64,000 bases of DNA, from contig CAVYES010000007.1 of NCBI GenBank assembly GCA_963767735.1, positions 32,001-96,000 on the forward strand. Reading direction: 5' to 3'. Under the pieces are notes generated by a model. The model searched no databases and was not told where the DNA came from. It saw only the letters and a list, made by a program, of their open reading frames with translations. Shown here piece by piece: positions 10,223 to 19,225 of this stretch. Position 1 is the stretch's first letter. Every line of letters begins with the position of its first letter. Both the position numbers and the translations under genes were made by a program. This stretch comes from Candidatus Bathyarchaeota archaeon (GTDB taxonomy: Archaea; Thermoproteota; Bathyarchaeia; Bathyarchaeales; Bathycorpusculaceae).

Positions 10223-12319
10223 ATGCATATGAAAATCAACCCCCAAACAAAAATCCTATCACTGATCACAATTATCGTCTTAGTTTTCAGTCCAATAATT
10301 ATTACTCAAGCAGCCACCACTACCCAAACTCAAACATCAACTCTTCCAACCGCCCAATTACTCACAACGTCAGAATACACAAACTACGTGCATAACTTCG
10401 TTAACGCTGAAGGAAACTGCACTTACATGGAAAAACCAATGTTTCCAGTATTATTTAACAGTAGTCAAATACCGATCGGCGAAAACTGGACCATCATCTG
10501 CCCTCTGCAAGCCGGTCACAACTACCATATTTACTTTTATGGAGCATGGATAGACACTTCACCTCAAGCAACAACAGACTACAATATCTTCGTTTATGAT
10601 CCAAGTGGAAACTTGGAAAGCGCCCACATTGAATCAGCCGGTTTTCCACCACATTTAGGAACAACCGTAAATGACACGCTTTTTACGCCTACTCAATCAG
10701 GCAACTACACGTTTGTCATAAATAACAACCCATTTGGAAGTAAAGGTGCTCAGCAAGCAACTTTTATGATAATTGAAAATCTCGCTTGCGACACATGGTA
10801 CACCAGTTATGTCGAAGGCACAAGCAGCAGCACCCCAAGTTTCTACACAAACTGGGCCTATGAGTTCGAAACCAACGCGTCACACGTTCAATTATACATT
10901 AAGGTTCCGGATACGCTGGGCATGTATGAAGCTAGGCTTTACTTAATGAATAACGCGCAATCTCCAACTTTAAACAATTTTCCACTGGCTTGGGAACCAG
11001 GCTTATATGGCAACTTAACTGGTTCAGTCGGCGGCTACAACTTTGTACCTAACGACTATAGAGGCGTAGCCTACACAACCGACGAACACATGGGCCAATT
11101 CTTGACTCTAAATTACACCTCAACTAATACTGGAGACAATCTTTATCAGCTAGTACTCATCGGCAATGTAGGTTCAGGGAACATACAGTTAATGTTGAAA
11201 GATAATTTTGAAAAGGATGCCTTGACACCTTCAGCTATCACAATTTTTCCTGACACTCCAACAGAACTCACCTACACATCAAATGGCACCAATTTGGAGA
11301 CAGCTCAAATATCATACACCACCAACAACTGGATCAACACCAATACCATAAACATGAATATCAGCAACCAAACATGCAACGCCACAATCCCAGGCCAACC
11401 AGCGGGAACATTAGTTCAATACCAAATTAACGCAACAGACATTCTGGAGAATAACTTGTTTGCATTAGGCAACTTCACCGTGGAAAATGCTTCCTTGATA
11501 CCCTTGACTGTTCCAAGTAGAGTTTATCCTGACATTCCAACCGAGCTTACTTACACCTCAAACGGCACAAAGTTGGAGATAGCCCAAATATCATACACTA
11601 CGGATAATTGGACTAGTACTAACACCGTGAAAATGGATATCGGCAACCAAACATGCAACGCCACAATCCCAGGCCAACCAGCAGGGACACTAGTTCAATA
11701 CCAAATTAACGCAACAGACATTCTGGAAAATGGCCTGTATGCATCAGGCAACTTCACGATAAAGGAGCCGTTAACTCTTAACATTACTACAACTAAAAAC
11801 AAAATAGCTCAAGGCGAAAATATCACGATCCATGGAGTTCTATCTCCGAACTATAATGATTTTATAACTACCCCAAACTCCTATGATTCCAATACGATCA
11901 CAAACTCCAAGACGACTACAAGCTCCAAGGATTCCAAGGCTGCTTCAACCTCCAATGAAACTGCGACTAATGCAAACTATAATGATTCTGCAGATATTCC
12001 AAGCTATAATAATTACAACGATTCTATTGGTGAAGTACAATTCAGCAACGTTGGCTCCACCCAAACGGTAGATTGTGTTGTAAGCAGTAATGGCACTTTT
12101 GAAGCAACTTTCCGACCTAACGCCTCTGGAATATGGGCTGTTACCGCAATTTGCCCTGAAACCCAAACCGCCTACAGCTGCTATAGCCAACCGTTAACGG
12201 TAACTGTGACGCCAACGCCACTCTATATCAAATACTCTATGTTTATTATTGCTGCACTTGTCGCCGCTGTGGCAGCTGGTAGCGCCGTCTACTTTTTAAA
12301 GCTCCGAAGCAAATGGTAG
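10223..12319 (+). CDS. Secreted, C-terminally anchored cell-surface glycoprotein with an internal 93-aa repeat
   Basis: Signal peptide, many N-x-S/T sequons, S/T/N linker, C-terminal TM helix plus basic tail (KLRSKW). Confidence 0.8.
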   Translation: MHMKINPQTKILSLITIIVLVFSPIIITQAATTTQTQTSTLPTAQLLTTSEYTNYVHNFVNAEGNCTYMEKPMFPVLFNSSQIPIGENWTIICPLQAGHNYHIYFYGAWIDTSPQATTDYNIFVYDPSGNLESAHIESAGFPPHLGTTVNDTLFTPTQSGNYTFVINNNPFGSKGAQQATFMIIENLACDTWYTSYVEGTSSSTPSFYTNWAYEFETNASHVQLYIKVPDTLGMYEARLYLMNNAQSPTLNNFPLAWEPGLYGNLTGSVGGYNFVPNDYRGVAYTTDEHMGQFLTLNYTSTNTGDNLYQLVLIGNVGSGNIQLMLKDNFEKDALTPSAITIFPDTPTELTYTSNGTNLETAQISYTTNNWINTNTINMNISNQTCNATIPGQPAGTLVQYQINATDILENNLFALGNFTVENASLIPLTVPSRVYPDIPTELTYTSNGTKLEIAQISYTTDNWTSTNTVKMDIGNQTCNATIPGQPAGTLVQYQINATDILENGLYASGNFTIKEPLTLNITTTKNKIAQGENITIHGVLSPNYNDFITTPNSYDSNTITNSKTTTSSKDSKAASTSNETATNANYNDSADIPSYNNYNDSIGEVQFSNVGSTQTVDCVVSSNGTFEATFRPNASGIWAVTAICPETQTAYSCYSQPLTVTVTPTPLYIKYSMFIIAALVAAVAAGSAVYFLKLRSKW
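11249..11760 (+). repeat. Intragenic tandem duplication, period 279 bp
   Basis: PDTPTELTYTSNGT...NQTCNATIPGQPAGTLVQYQINATDILEN occurs twice (starts 11249 and 11528), with identical DNA blocks. Confidence 0.9.
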
Positions 12320-12446
12320 AGCTGCAAAACAACCATTCAGAAATAACTTAACGGATGCTAAAGAGTTCGAGGTAATTGGCTGAAGCCACAAAACTTATCT
12401 CATAATTAACGAGTAACATTTGATAGAGCGGCAGAAGTTGGATAAA

Positions 12447-12764
12447 ATGGATGATTTTGTTTCTGTTTTAGAAGAAAAAGATCTGCAAGAAGGCACAATG
12501 AAGCATGTGTCAGTTGAATGCTCACCGGTTTTACTGATTAAACAATCTGGCCAAATTTTCGCTATCGATAACCGCTGTCCACACATGGGCTGTGCTTTTT
12601 CAGGCGGTACTCTGGACGGCTTCTTAATAGTTTGTCCTTGCCATGATTGGCGCTTTGACTTAAGAACAGGTGAGTACCAGGATGAACCATCCATTAAATT
12701 AACAAAGTATAATTTGAAAATTAAGTCTGGAAAAATTTGGATCCAACTCGAAGAAGAAACATAA
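12447..12764 (+). CDS. Rieske [2Fe-2S] ferredoxin
   Basis: CPHMG and CPCHDWRFDLRTG motifs. Confidence 0.92.
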   Translation: MDDFVSVLEEKDLQEGTMKHVSVECSPVLLIKQSGQIFAIDNRCPHMGCAFSGGTLDGFLIVCPCHDWRFDLRTGEYQDEPSIKLTKYNLKIKSGKIWIQLEEET

Positions 12765-12810
12765 TCCTACTATAGGCACACTTGCGTTTAGGATATGCCA
12801 TCGAAGGGCT

Positions 12811-13743
12811 TTAATCCTTTGGACATGAAATAGCGGCGTTTTTGAACGTATATTCTTTGCAAAAATCCCAGAAGACCTCACACGTTTTAGGAAGAGTTCT
12901 TTTAGGTCTTACCATGTAGAGTTTTCTTTGCTTTTTTGCTTCTTCAATTTTAATTATGTTTGCTAAGCCTGCTGCTTGGGCTTTTTTCGCAGCGATTGAA
13001 GAAATCACGCTTATGCCTCTGCCTTCTGAAACGGCTGTAATTACTGATTCTGTGCTTCCCAACTCCAATGCGAGCATCAATTGCGACATTGAGATGTCGT
13101 TGTTTTCAAACATTTTCTCAATTTCCTTTCTTGTGCCAGATGTTTCTTCTCGATTAATGAAGGGATACTTTTTGATTTCATTTAGCTTGACAGATTTATG
13201 ATTGGCTAACTCGTGATTGCACGGCACAATTAACACCAGCTCTTCTTCGCCTATCTGGACAGCATCGAATTTTTCTTCGTAACCTAATATGGTTCCAACC
13301 GCCGCAAAATCTGCATCGTTGGCTTGTAAACTTTGAAGGCTTGTTATGCTGTCCTGCGCTTTTATTTTGAATTTGACGTCAGGATGCTTTTTTTGGAATT
13401 CAGAGATTAAGCTGGGAATTATATGTTCTTCCGGTATTGTACTTGCGGCAATCTTTATCGTTCCTGCCAAATTGTGTTTAGCTGAGGATATTTTTGTTTT
13501 AGCATTTTGGGCTTCTTGCAGAATTTTTTCCATGCTTTCCTTCAGCGTTGCTCCTGCTTCGGTAACTTCAACACCGCTGGCTGTGCGCTTGAATAGTTCA
13601 GCGTCAAAGTATTCTTCTAATGCCGCTATGTGGTGGCTTACTGTGCCTTGGCTTGTTCCTAATTCTTTGGCTGCTGTTGAGAAACTGCGCGTTCTGGCTA
13701 CTGTGAGAAACGTTTTGAGGTAATCGAACCTTATGGTTTCCAT
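12811..13743 (-). CDS. LysR-family regulator, resembling the selenium-metabolism-associated subfamily
   Basis: LysR HTH (SFSTAAKELGTSQGTVS), IAASTIPEEHIIP, REETSGTR, ELGSTESV; divergent from the selD operon. Confidence 0.88.
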   Translation of the reverse strand: METIRFDYLKTFLTVARTRSFSTAAKELGTSQGTVSHHIAALEEYFDAELFKRTASGVEVTEAGATLKESMEKILQEAQNAKTKISSAKHNLAGTIKIAASTIPEEHIIPSLISEFQKKHPDVKFKIKAQDSITSLQSLQANDADFAAVGTILGYEEKFDAVQIGEEELVLIVPCNHELANHKSVKLNEIKKYPFINREETSGTRKEIEKMFENNDISMSQLMLALELGSTESVITAVSEGRGISVISSIAAKKAQAAGLANIIKIEEAKKQRKLYMVRPKRTLPKTCEVFWDFCKEYTFKNAAISCPKD

Positions 13744-13814
13744 GTGCTTCTTAGCCTCTACGTTATTGTTTAGATTGTTGTATGCTATTTGTTTTTTGTT
13801 TTAGAAAAGGCTTA

Positions 13815-13831
13815 TATTAGTTTTTTTAATA
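13815..13831. promoter_or_regulatory. Putative LysR box (T-N11-A dyad)
   Basis: TATTA-N7-TAATA between lysR and dsrE; a similar TATCA-N7-TAATA lies at 14477-14493. Confidence 0.5.
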
Positions 13832-13864
13832 ACAATTATTCAGCAATATTGGAGGTGAAATAAT

Positions 13865-14216
13865 TTGGCAACATTCACATTAATAATATATGAAGCACCT
13901 TACGCAAAAGAACGTGCACTTTCAGCTTTAAGATTCGCATGGACTTGCGACGTGGAAGGACACAAAGTAAGAATCTGGTTGTTTGAAAACGGCGTGTACC
14001 TCGCCAAGAAAGGCCAAAAACCTGCTCAAGGCTTAACCAATTATGGCCAAATGCTTGAGGATTTAATGAAAGGCGGTACCGAAGTGAAAGCCTGCGTCGT
14101 CTGTGTAGACGCTCGAGGCTTAACCCAAACTGACTTGACTTGATGGAGTAAAAATTGCGACTGTTCATGAACTTGTTGAGTGGACAGTTAACAGTGACAA
14201 AGTAATAGCGTTCTAG
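13865..14216 (+). CDS. DsrE/TusD-family sulfur relay protein (1-nt insertion near 14139)
   Basis: APY..ER, WLFENGVYLAKKGQ, KACVVCVDARG; continues in another frame as DGVKIATVHELVEWTVNSDKVIAF*. Confidence 0.85.
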
Positions 14217-14225
14217 TGGAATTGT

Positions 14226-14450
14226 TTGGAAACTGAAAAGTTAGATGTCAAGGGAAAAATGTGTCCTATGCCTGTGGCTTTTACAAAGCGTAAGCTTGAA
14301 AGCATGGCTTCTGGGCAGTTGCTTGAGGTTGTTGGCGAAGGAGAATTGGAGTTTGATAATGTTCAGCGTTGGGTTAAGAATAACGGGCATGAGGTTGTTG
14401 AGGCGGCTAAGTCTGGTGCAGAGTTTAGGGTATTAATTAGAAAACACTAA
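14226..14450 (+). CDS. TusA/SirA/YedF-family sulfur (selenium) carrier
   Basis: LDVKGKMCPMPV (CPxP motif), 74 aa. Confidence 0.9.
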   Translation: METEKLDVKGKMCPMPVAFTKRKLESMASGQLLEVVGEGELEFDNVQRWVKNNGHEVVEAAKSGAEFRVLIRKH

Positions 14451-14476
14451 TCTCCATCAATTTTTCTAATAATATT

Positions 14477-14493
14477 TATCAGAAATTTTAATA
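14477..14493. promoter_or_regulatory. Second putative LysR box, upstream of the double-cubane gene
   Basis: TATCAGAAATTTTAATA, same half-sites and spacing as 13815-13831. Confidence 0.4.
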
Positions 14494-14533
14494 AGCCAAT
14501 GGGCAATACACTTCGCATTAGCACGTGATTATC

Positions 14534-15822
14534 ATGGCAGAAAAATACGTTGAAATGTGGAAAAATCTTGGAATGGATATTGAAAAACACAATCAACTCC
14601 TAAACGGTCTAGGCCAATATTACACCAGCGCAATTTTGTCCCAAAAGAACAGGCCCAAAAAAATGGATTACTTCGACTTTGTAGTCTCAGAGGTTCACGG
14701 TTTAAGAATCAAAGAACTCAATGACCTTAGAAGTGCACGGAAAAAAAGTGGTTGGCGCATTCTGCATTTACGCGCCCGAAGAAATAGCATACGCAGCAGA
14801 TGCAACAATGGTTGGATTATGCGGAGGCGCAGACTTCTCAGTTCCCGACGCTGAAGCGGTTTTACCCCGAAACCTTTGCCCGCTGATAAAGTCATTTTAC
14901 GGCTTCAAACTAAACCGCACCTGCCCATATTTCCAATCCAGCGACCTTGTAGTTGGAGAAACAACATGCGATGGCAAAAAGAAAGTCTACGAGCTACTCA
15001 ACGAGCTTGTCCCAACTTACGTGCTTGAAGTTCCCCACAAACCCGACACTGCAGCAAGGCAAAGCATTCTGGTTTAAAGAGTTAGAAGCATTCAAAACTG
15101 AGATGGAAAAGCTCACAGGCAACGAGATTACCGCTGAAAAACTAAAAGAAGCCATCGAACTAATAAACGACAAACGCAAAGCCCTCAAGCGTTTATCCGA
15201 TTTACGTGCAAATTCACCCTCACCAATCAGCGGCTTAGACGGATTACTTATCGACCAAATAGGCTTCATGGATGATGTGAAACGGTTCACAGCTAAAGTG
15301 AACGAGCTCTGTGACGAACTGGACCAGCGTGTAGCAAAAGGCGAAGGCGTCGCAAGCAAGGATGCACCAAGAATTATGATTTCGGGTTCTCCAATGGCAG
15401 TTCCTAACTGGAAAGTGCACAGCATCGCCGAGTCACTTGGCGCAACAGTGGTTGTTGAAGAAAGCTGCGTTGGAACAAGATACTTCACTGACTTGGTAGA
15501 ACCGAAAGGTGAAAGCTTGAATGATTTGCTTTGGGCTATAGACGAAAAATACTCCAAAATACCCTGCGCATGCTTCACACCAAACGACAGACGCATAGAA
15601 AGCATTACCCAACTTGCCAAGCAATTCAACGTAGAAGGCGTAATCTATTATACACTGCAAAACTGCCACGACTACAATGTTGAAGGAGTAAAAGTAGAGC
15701 GAGCATTGAAAGCCCAAGACTTGCCGATGCTGAAAATCGAAACCGACTACACAATGGGCGACTCAGAGCAGATCAAAACCAGAATTCAAGCCTTCATGGA
15801 AATCATTCAGGCGAAAAGGTAA
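14534..15822 (+). CDS. Double-cubane-cluster reductase-like protein (2-hydroxyacyl-CoA dehydratase/HgdD family); two 1-nt insertions near 14730 and 15050
   Basis: Joined frames give [87 protein letters not shown]. Confidence 0.85.
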
Positions 15823-15930
15823 CAAAACCTTTTCCACATTTTTTATCTTTAAATATTTTTAAATCATTAAAAGTAGATTATGATGTTTCTAGAAACTTCA
15901 GAATCGTAAGTATTAGGAGGAAAAACAGAG

Positions 15931-16951
15931 TTGGCTTACAGGTTAACTAAAGTTGTTCCAGTTCATGGTTGCAGTTGCAAGCTTCCACAGTACCAGCTAG
16001 GTGAATTGTTGGATAAAGCTGGTTTGACGGCTGATTTCGGCGAGGATGTGTTGGCTGGTCCATGGGAAAACTCCAGCGTTGTAAAAATCGCCGACGGCAT
16101 TGCTGTTTTGAATACGCTTGATTTCTTCACGCCTATGGTTGATGAACCTGAAATTCAAGGCAGAATTGCTGGAAGCAACGTGACAAGCGACATTTACGCT
16201 TTGGCCGTTACAAAGATAGTCAGCGTTTTGTCGATTATGGCGTTTCCCGAGAACATGCCTGACGAGTTAGCTGTGGGCATGCTGAAGGGGTTTGGCGATT
16301 TTTGCCGCGAAATGGGTGCGCCTGTGGTTGGCGGTCACACGATTCGGAATCCTTGGCCAATTATCGGCGGCGCAGCAACGGGCGTTGGTGACCCAGAAAA
16401 AATCGTTTACACCCGGGGAGCCAAGGTGGGTGACCGCTTGTTTTTGACTAAGCCGCTTGGGATTGCGCCTGCGATGGCTGCTTACAGGCTTAGGAAAGAA
16501 GATGAAGGACAAGAATTGCTCAAAGAGATCCCAGAAGAGCTGGTTGAAGCAGCTGTTAATGAAGCCATTGAGGGAATGATTAGTTCCAACAAGCCCGTTG
16601 CCGAAGCCATGCAGAAAGTTCCAGTTCACGCCGCAACCGACGTGACGGGTTTTGGTCTTAAAGGTCACGCTGAGAACATGGCGGTTCTGGGCAAAGTTGA
16701 CATTGTGATTAACCAGTTGGCGGTGATTCGTGGGACACCGGTTTTGGCTGAGCTTTTCGGTTACCCGTTGTTGACTGGGTGAAGCAAAAGAAACTGCAGG
16801 CGGAATGCTAATTGCGGTCGCGAAAGAGAACGCTGATGACTTGCTGGATGAGTTGGATAAGCGTAAAGTTAGGCATTTTGAAGTTGGCTACGTCGCTGAA
16901 GGTTGCGGGAATGTTAATGTTCTAAAAAACGCGAAAGTGATAGAAGCATAA
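15931..16951 (+). CDS. selD: Selenophosphate synthetase SelD, Cys-type (1-nt insertion near 16779)
   Basis: HGCSCKLP active-site loop, DFFTP, SDIYA, GGHTIRNPWPIIGG, TDVTGFGLKGH; continues as EAKETAGGMLIAV to TAA 16949-16951. Confidence 0.9.
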
Positions 16952-17028
16952 TATTCGCGTTTTGACATTGAGTGTGATAGCTAAACTTAATTCTTCTGTG
17001 TCCTTAAGTAAGAAGTGGTGACTAATCA

Positions 17029-17358
17029 GTGTGTGCTTTAGGCTATGCGATTAAACTTTGGATGGTCAACGAAAAGAAAGAAGCAGTGTTCGGGGACGGC
17101 TTAGCTGAATTGATTGAGGAGATTGACAAGTATCACTCGATATTGGCGGCTGCAGAGCACATGGACATGTCTTACAGGTATGCACTGCACAGGATTACTT
17201 TGGCAGAGGAACGGCTGGGGCAATTGCTGGTTATACGAGTTCGCGGCGGAGCCAAGGGCGGCGGCTCTTCAGAAGTTACTGATTTCGGAAGGGATTTAGT
17301 TAAGCGATACCGGCGCGCTCAATCGGAGCTTAGCAAGATACTGGAAAAAATGCCCTGA
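17029..17358 (+). CDS. ModE-type winged-helix regulator (HTH only, no Mop domain)
   Basis: FGDGLAELIEEIDKYHSILAAAEHMDMSYRYA..RGGAKGGGSSEVT. Confidence 0.85.
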   Translation: MCALGYAIKLWMVNEKKEAVFGDGLAELIEEIDKYHSILAAAEHMDMSYRYALHRITLAEERLGQLLVIRVRGGAKGGGSSEVTDFGRDLVKRYRRAQSELSKILEKMP

Positions 17359-17463
17359 GCTTATCGAGATATTTTTAGGCGTCGCTCTGCTTAAGCGATG
17401 TTGCTGATTTTTCTTTATTTTTTATTGTTGTTATTTATCGTTTTCAAGAAATGTTTATAATGT

Positions 17464-17489
17464 TCGATATTACTGATTGATAACATCGA
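17464..17489. promoter_or_regulatory. ModE-like operator upstream of modA
   Basis: TCGATATTA-N8-TAACATCGA dyad immediately downstream of the TATA box TTTATAA (17454-17460). Confidence 0.65.
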
Positions 17490-17501
17490 GAAGGATGAAA
17501 A

Positions 17502-18353
17502 ATGAACACTAAATATCTCACTATAGCATTAGTAGTAATAATAGTAGTAGCTGGAGCATTAGGCTACATGGCATACAACGGGACATTCTCTGCCAAGAAA
17601 CCCACGCTCATAGTTTTCGCTGCATCAAGCATGATCAACGTCATCGCCAACATGACCCAAGCATTCGAAACAGCAAACAACTGCAAAATAGTAGTTAACT
17701 CTGCCTCATCCAGCACCTTATACACGCAAATCACTTCCGGCTCACCATGCGATATCTTCATGGCAGCTAACAACAAATGGGTCATAGATCTATACAATTC
17801 AAAATCGCTATATCAACAATATTATGATAATTTCACGAAGAATAGCCTTTGCATAATAGTTGCAGCAGGAAACCCGAAAAATATTACATCACTTGCAGAT
17901 TTAGTTAAACCTGGAGTAAGACTAATAGTAGCAGACGCATCAGTACCCGTAGGCGAATACACAAACGACACCGTTTATAACATCGCAACAACATGGGGCA
18001 ACCCGAGCAGCCCACTCTACGTGACCTCAGGCGTTTACCTAAATTACCCAGCGAAATTTGCGGCAAATGTTGTCTCCTATGAAGACACTGACGAAAACAT
18101 AGTTGGAGATGTCTCCCTTAACGTGGGAACAGCTGACGCAGGCATCGTATTTTACTCTGATTGGGCTTACGGCAACATGACACACGAACAAGTGCAGTTC
18201 CTTTCAGTACCTGCTTCTGTAAACACTGTTGGCACCTACGCCATTTGTATACCTAGCGAAGTGAAACAAACAGCTTTAGCACAAGCGTTCGAGAATTATT
18301 GGCTTTCTGCCCAAGGACAAGCTTTACTCACGGAATTTGGGTTCGGAACATAA
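17502..18353 (+). CDS. modA: Molybdate/tungstate ABC transporter binding protein
   Basis: FAASSM, NSASSSTLYTQI, DIFMAAN, VPVGEY, ADAGIVFYSD. Confidence 0.9.
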   Translation: MNTKYLTIALVVIIVVAGALGYMAYNGTFSAKKPTLIVFAASSMINVIANMTQAFETANNCKIVVNSASSSTLYTQITSGSPCDIFMAANNKWVIDLYNSKSLYQQYYDNFTKNSLCIIVAAGNPKNITSLADLVKPGVRLIVADASVPVGEYTNDTVYNIATTWGNPSSPLYVTSGVYLNYPAKFAANVVSYEDTDENIVGDVSLNVGTADAGIVFYSDWAYGNMTHEQVQFLSVPASVNTVGTYAICIPSEVKQTALAQAFENYWLSAQGQALLTEFGFGT

Positions 18354-18406
18354 AAGTGAATATAAGGCGCTTCTTCACGTTTTTTTAACTAACCGGTGTA
18401 AAAATA

Positions 18407-19225
18407 TTGAAGCACACCTTCAGTAATTCGTTATCTGACAAAATTGTACTGGTAATTTTTGGCCTTCTGGTGTTAACTTACTTTCTTTTCGTAACCTTGC
18501 CAATCATAGGAATTTTTTTGAAGATCGAGCCAGGTCAAGTCAACGCTCAACTGCATAACTCCGCGATCATAGACGCCATACAGCTTAGCTTATTTACATC
18601 GGGCATAGCTACTTTAATTGCCCTCGTTTTAACGGTGCCAACTGCTTATTTTATGGCGACAAGAAATTTCCCCGGGAAATCAATCTTAGATACATTGATG
18701 GATTTGCCTATCGTGTTGCCGCCTGCTGTGGCTGGTGTAGTGCTGCTGTATGCTTTCGCGCCGAAGGGACTATTAGGTCCAATATTCAATAGATTGGGAT
18801 TAATTATCCCGGGCAGCACAATAGCAGTTATCATTGCTGAAAGTTTTGTAGCGTCACCCTTCCTCTTAAGATCTGCCAAAATTGGATTCGAAAATATGGA
18901 TAAGGACGTTATTAATAGCGCCAAAATGTTAAGTGGCTCTCGCCTCAGAGTATTTTTCACGATTACTCTTCCTCTGTCGATACGTGCAATAGTTTCTGGA
19001 ACTATGATGACTTGGGCAAGAGCCATGGGAGAGTTCGGCGCAACTTTAATGTTTGCGGGAAACTTGCCGGGTATAACGCAGACGATGCCGCTGGCAATCT
19101 ACGTGTTACTGTATTCTAATCCTTTCGGGGGCATCATGTTAGCAATCATCTTAATCATTATTTCCTTCTCGATTCTTATCGTTGTTAAGCTTCTTGAACA
19201 AAAAAGGTTTGGAGTCAAAAAATGA
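18407..19225 (+). CDS. modB: Molybdate ABC transporter permease
   Basis: DLPIVLPPAVAG, WARAMGEFGATLMFAGN. Confidence 0.92.
   Translation: MKHTFSNSLSDKIVLVIFGLLVLTYFLFVTLPIIGIFLKIEPGQVNAQLHNSAIIDAIQLSLFTSGIATLIALVLTVPTAYFMATRNFPGKSILDTLMDLPIVLPPAVAGVVLLYAFAPKGLLGPIFNRLGLIIPGSTIAVIIAESFVASPFLLRSAKIGFENMDKDVINSAKMLSGSRLRVFFTITLPLSIRAIVSGTMMTWARAMGEFGATLMFAGNLPGITQTMPLAIYVLLYSNPFGGIMLAIILIIISFSILIVVKLLEQKRFGVKK

Noticed and set aside
14141-14143. In-frame TGA in dsrE as possible selenocysteine
   Set aside because: Readthrough hits further stops and gives no DsrE similarity; the conserved C-terminus is in another frame
16780-16782. In-frame TGA in selD as possible selenocysteine
   Set aside because: The conserved ETAGGML motif continues in a shifted frame, and the catalytic position already has Cys
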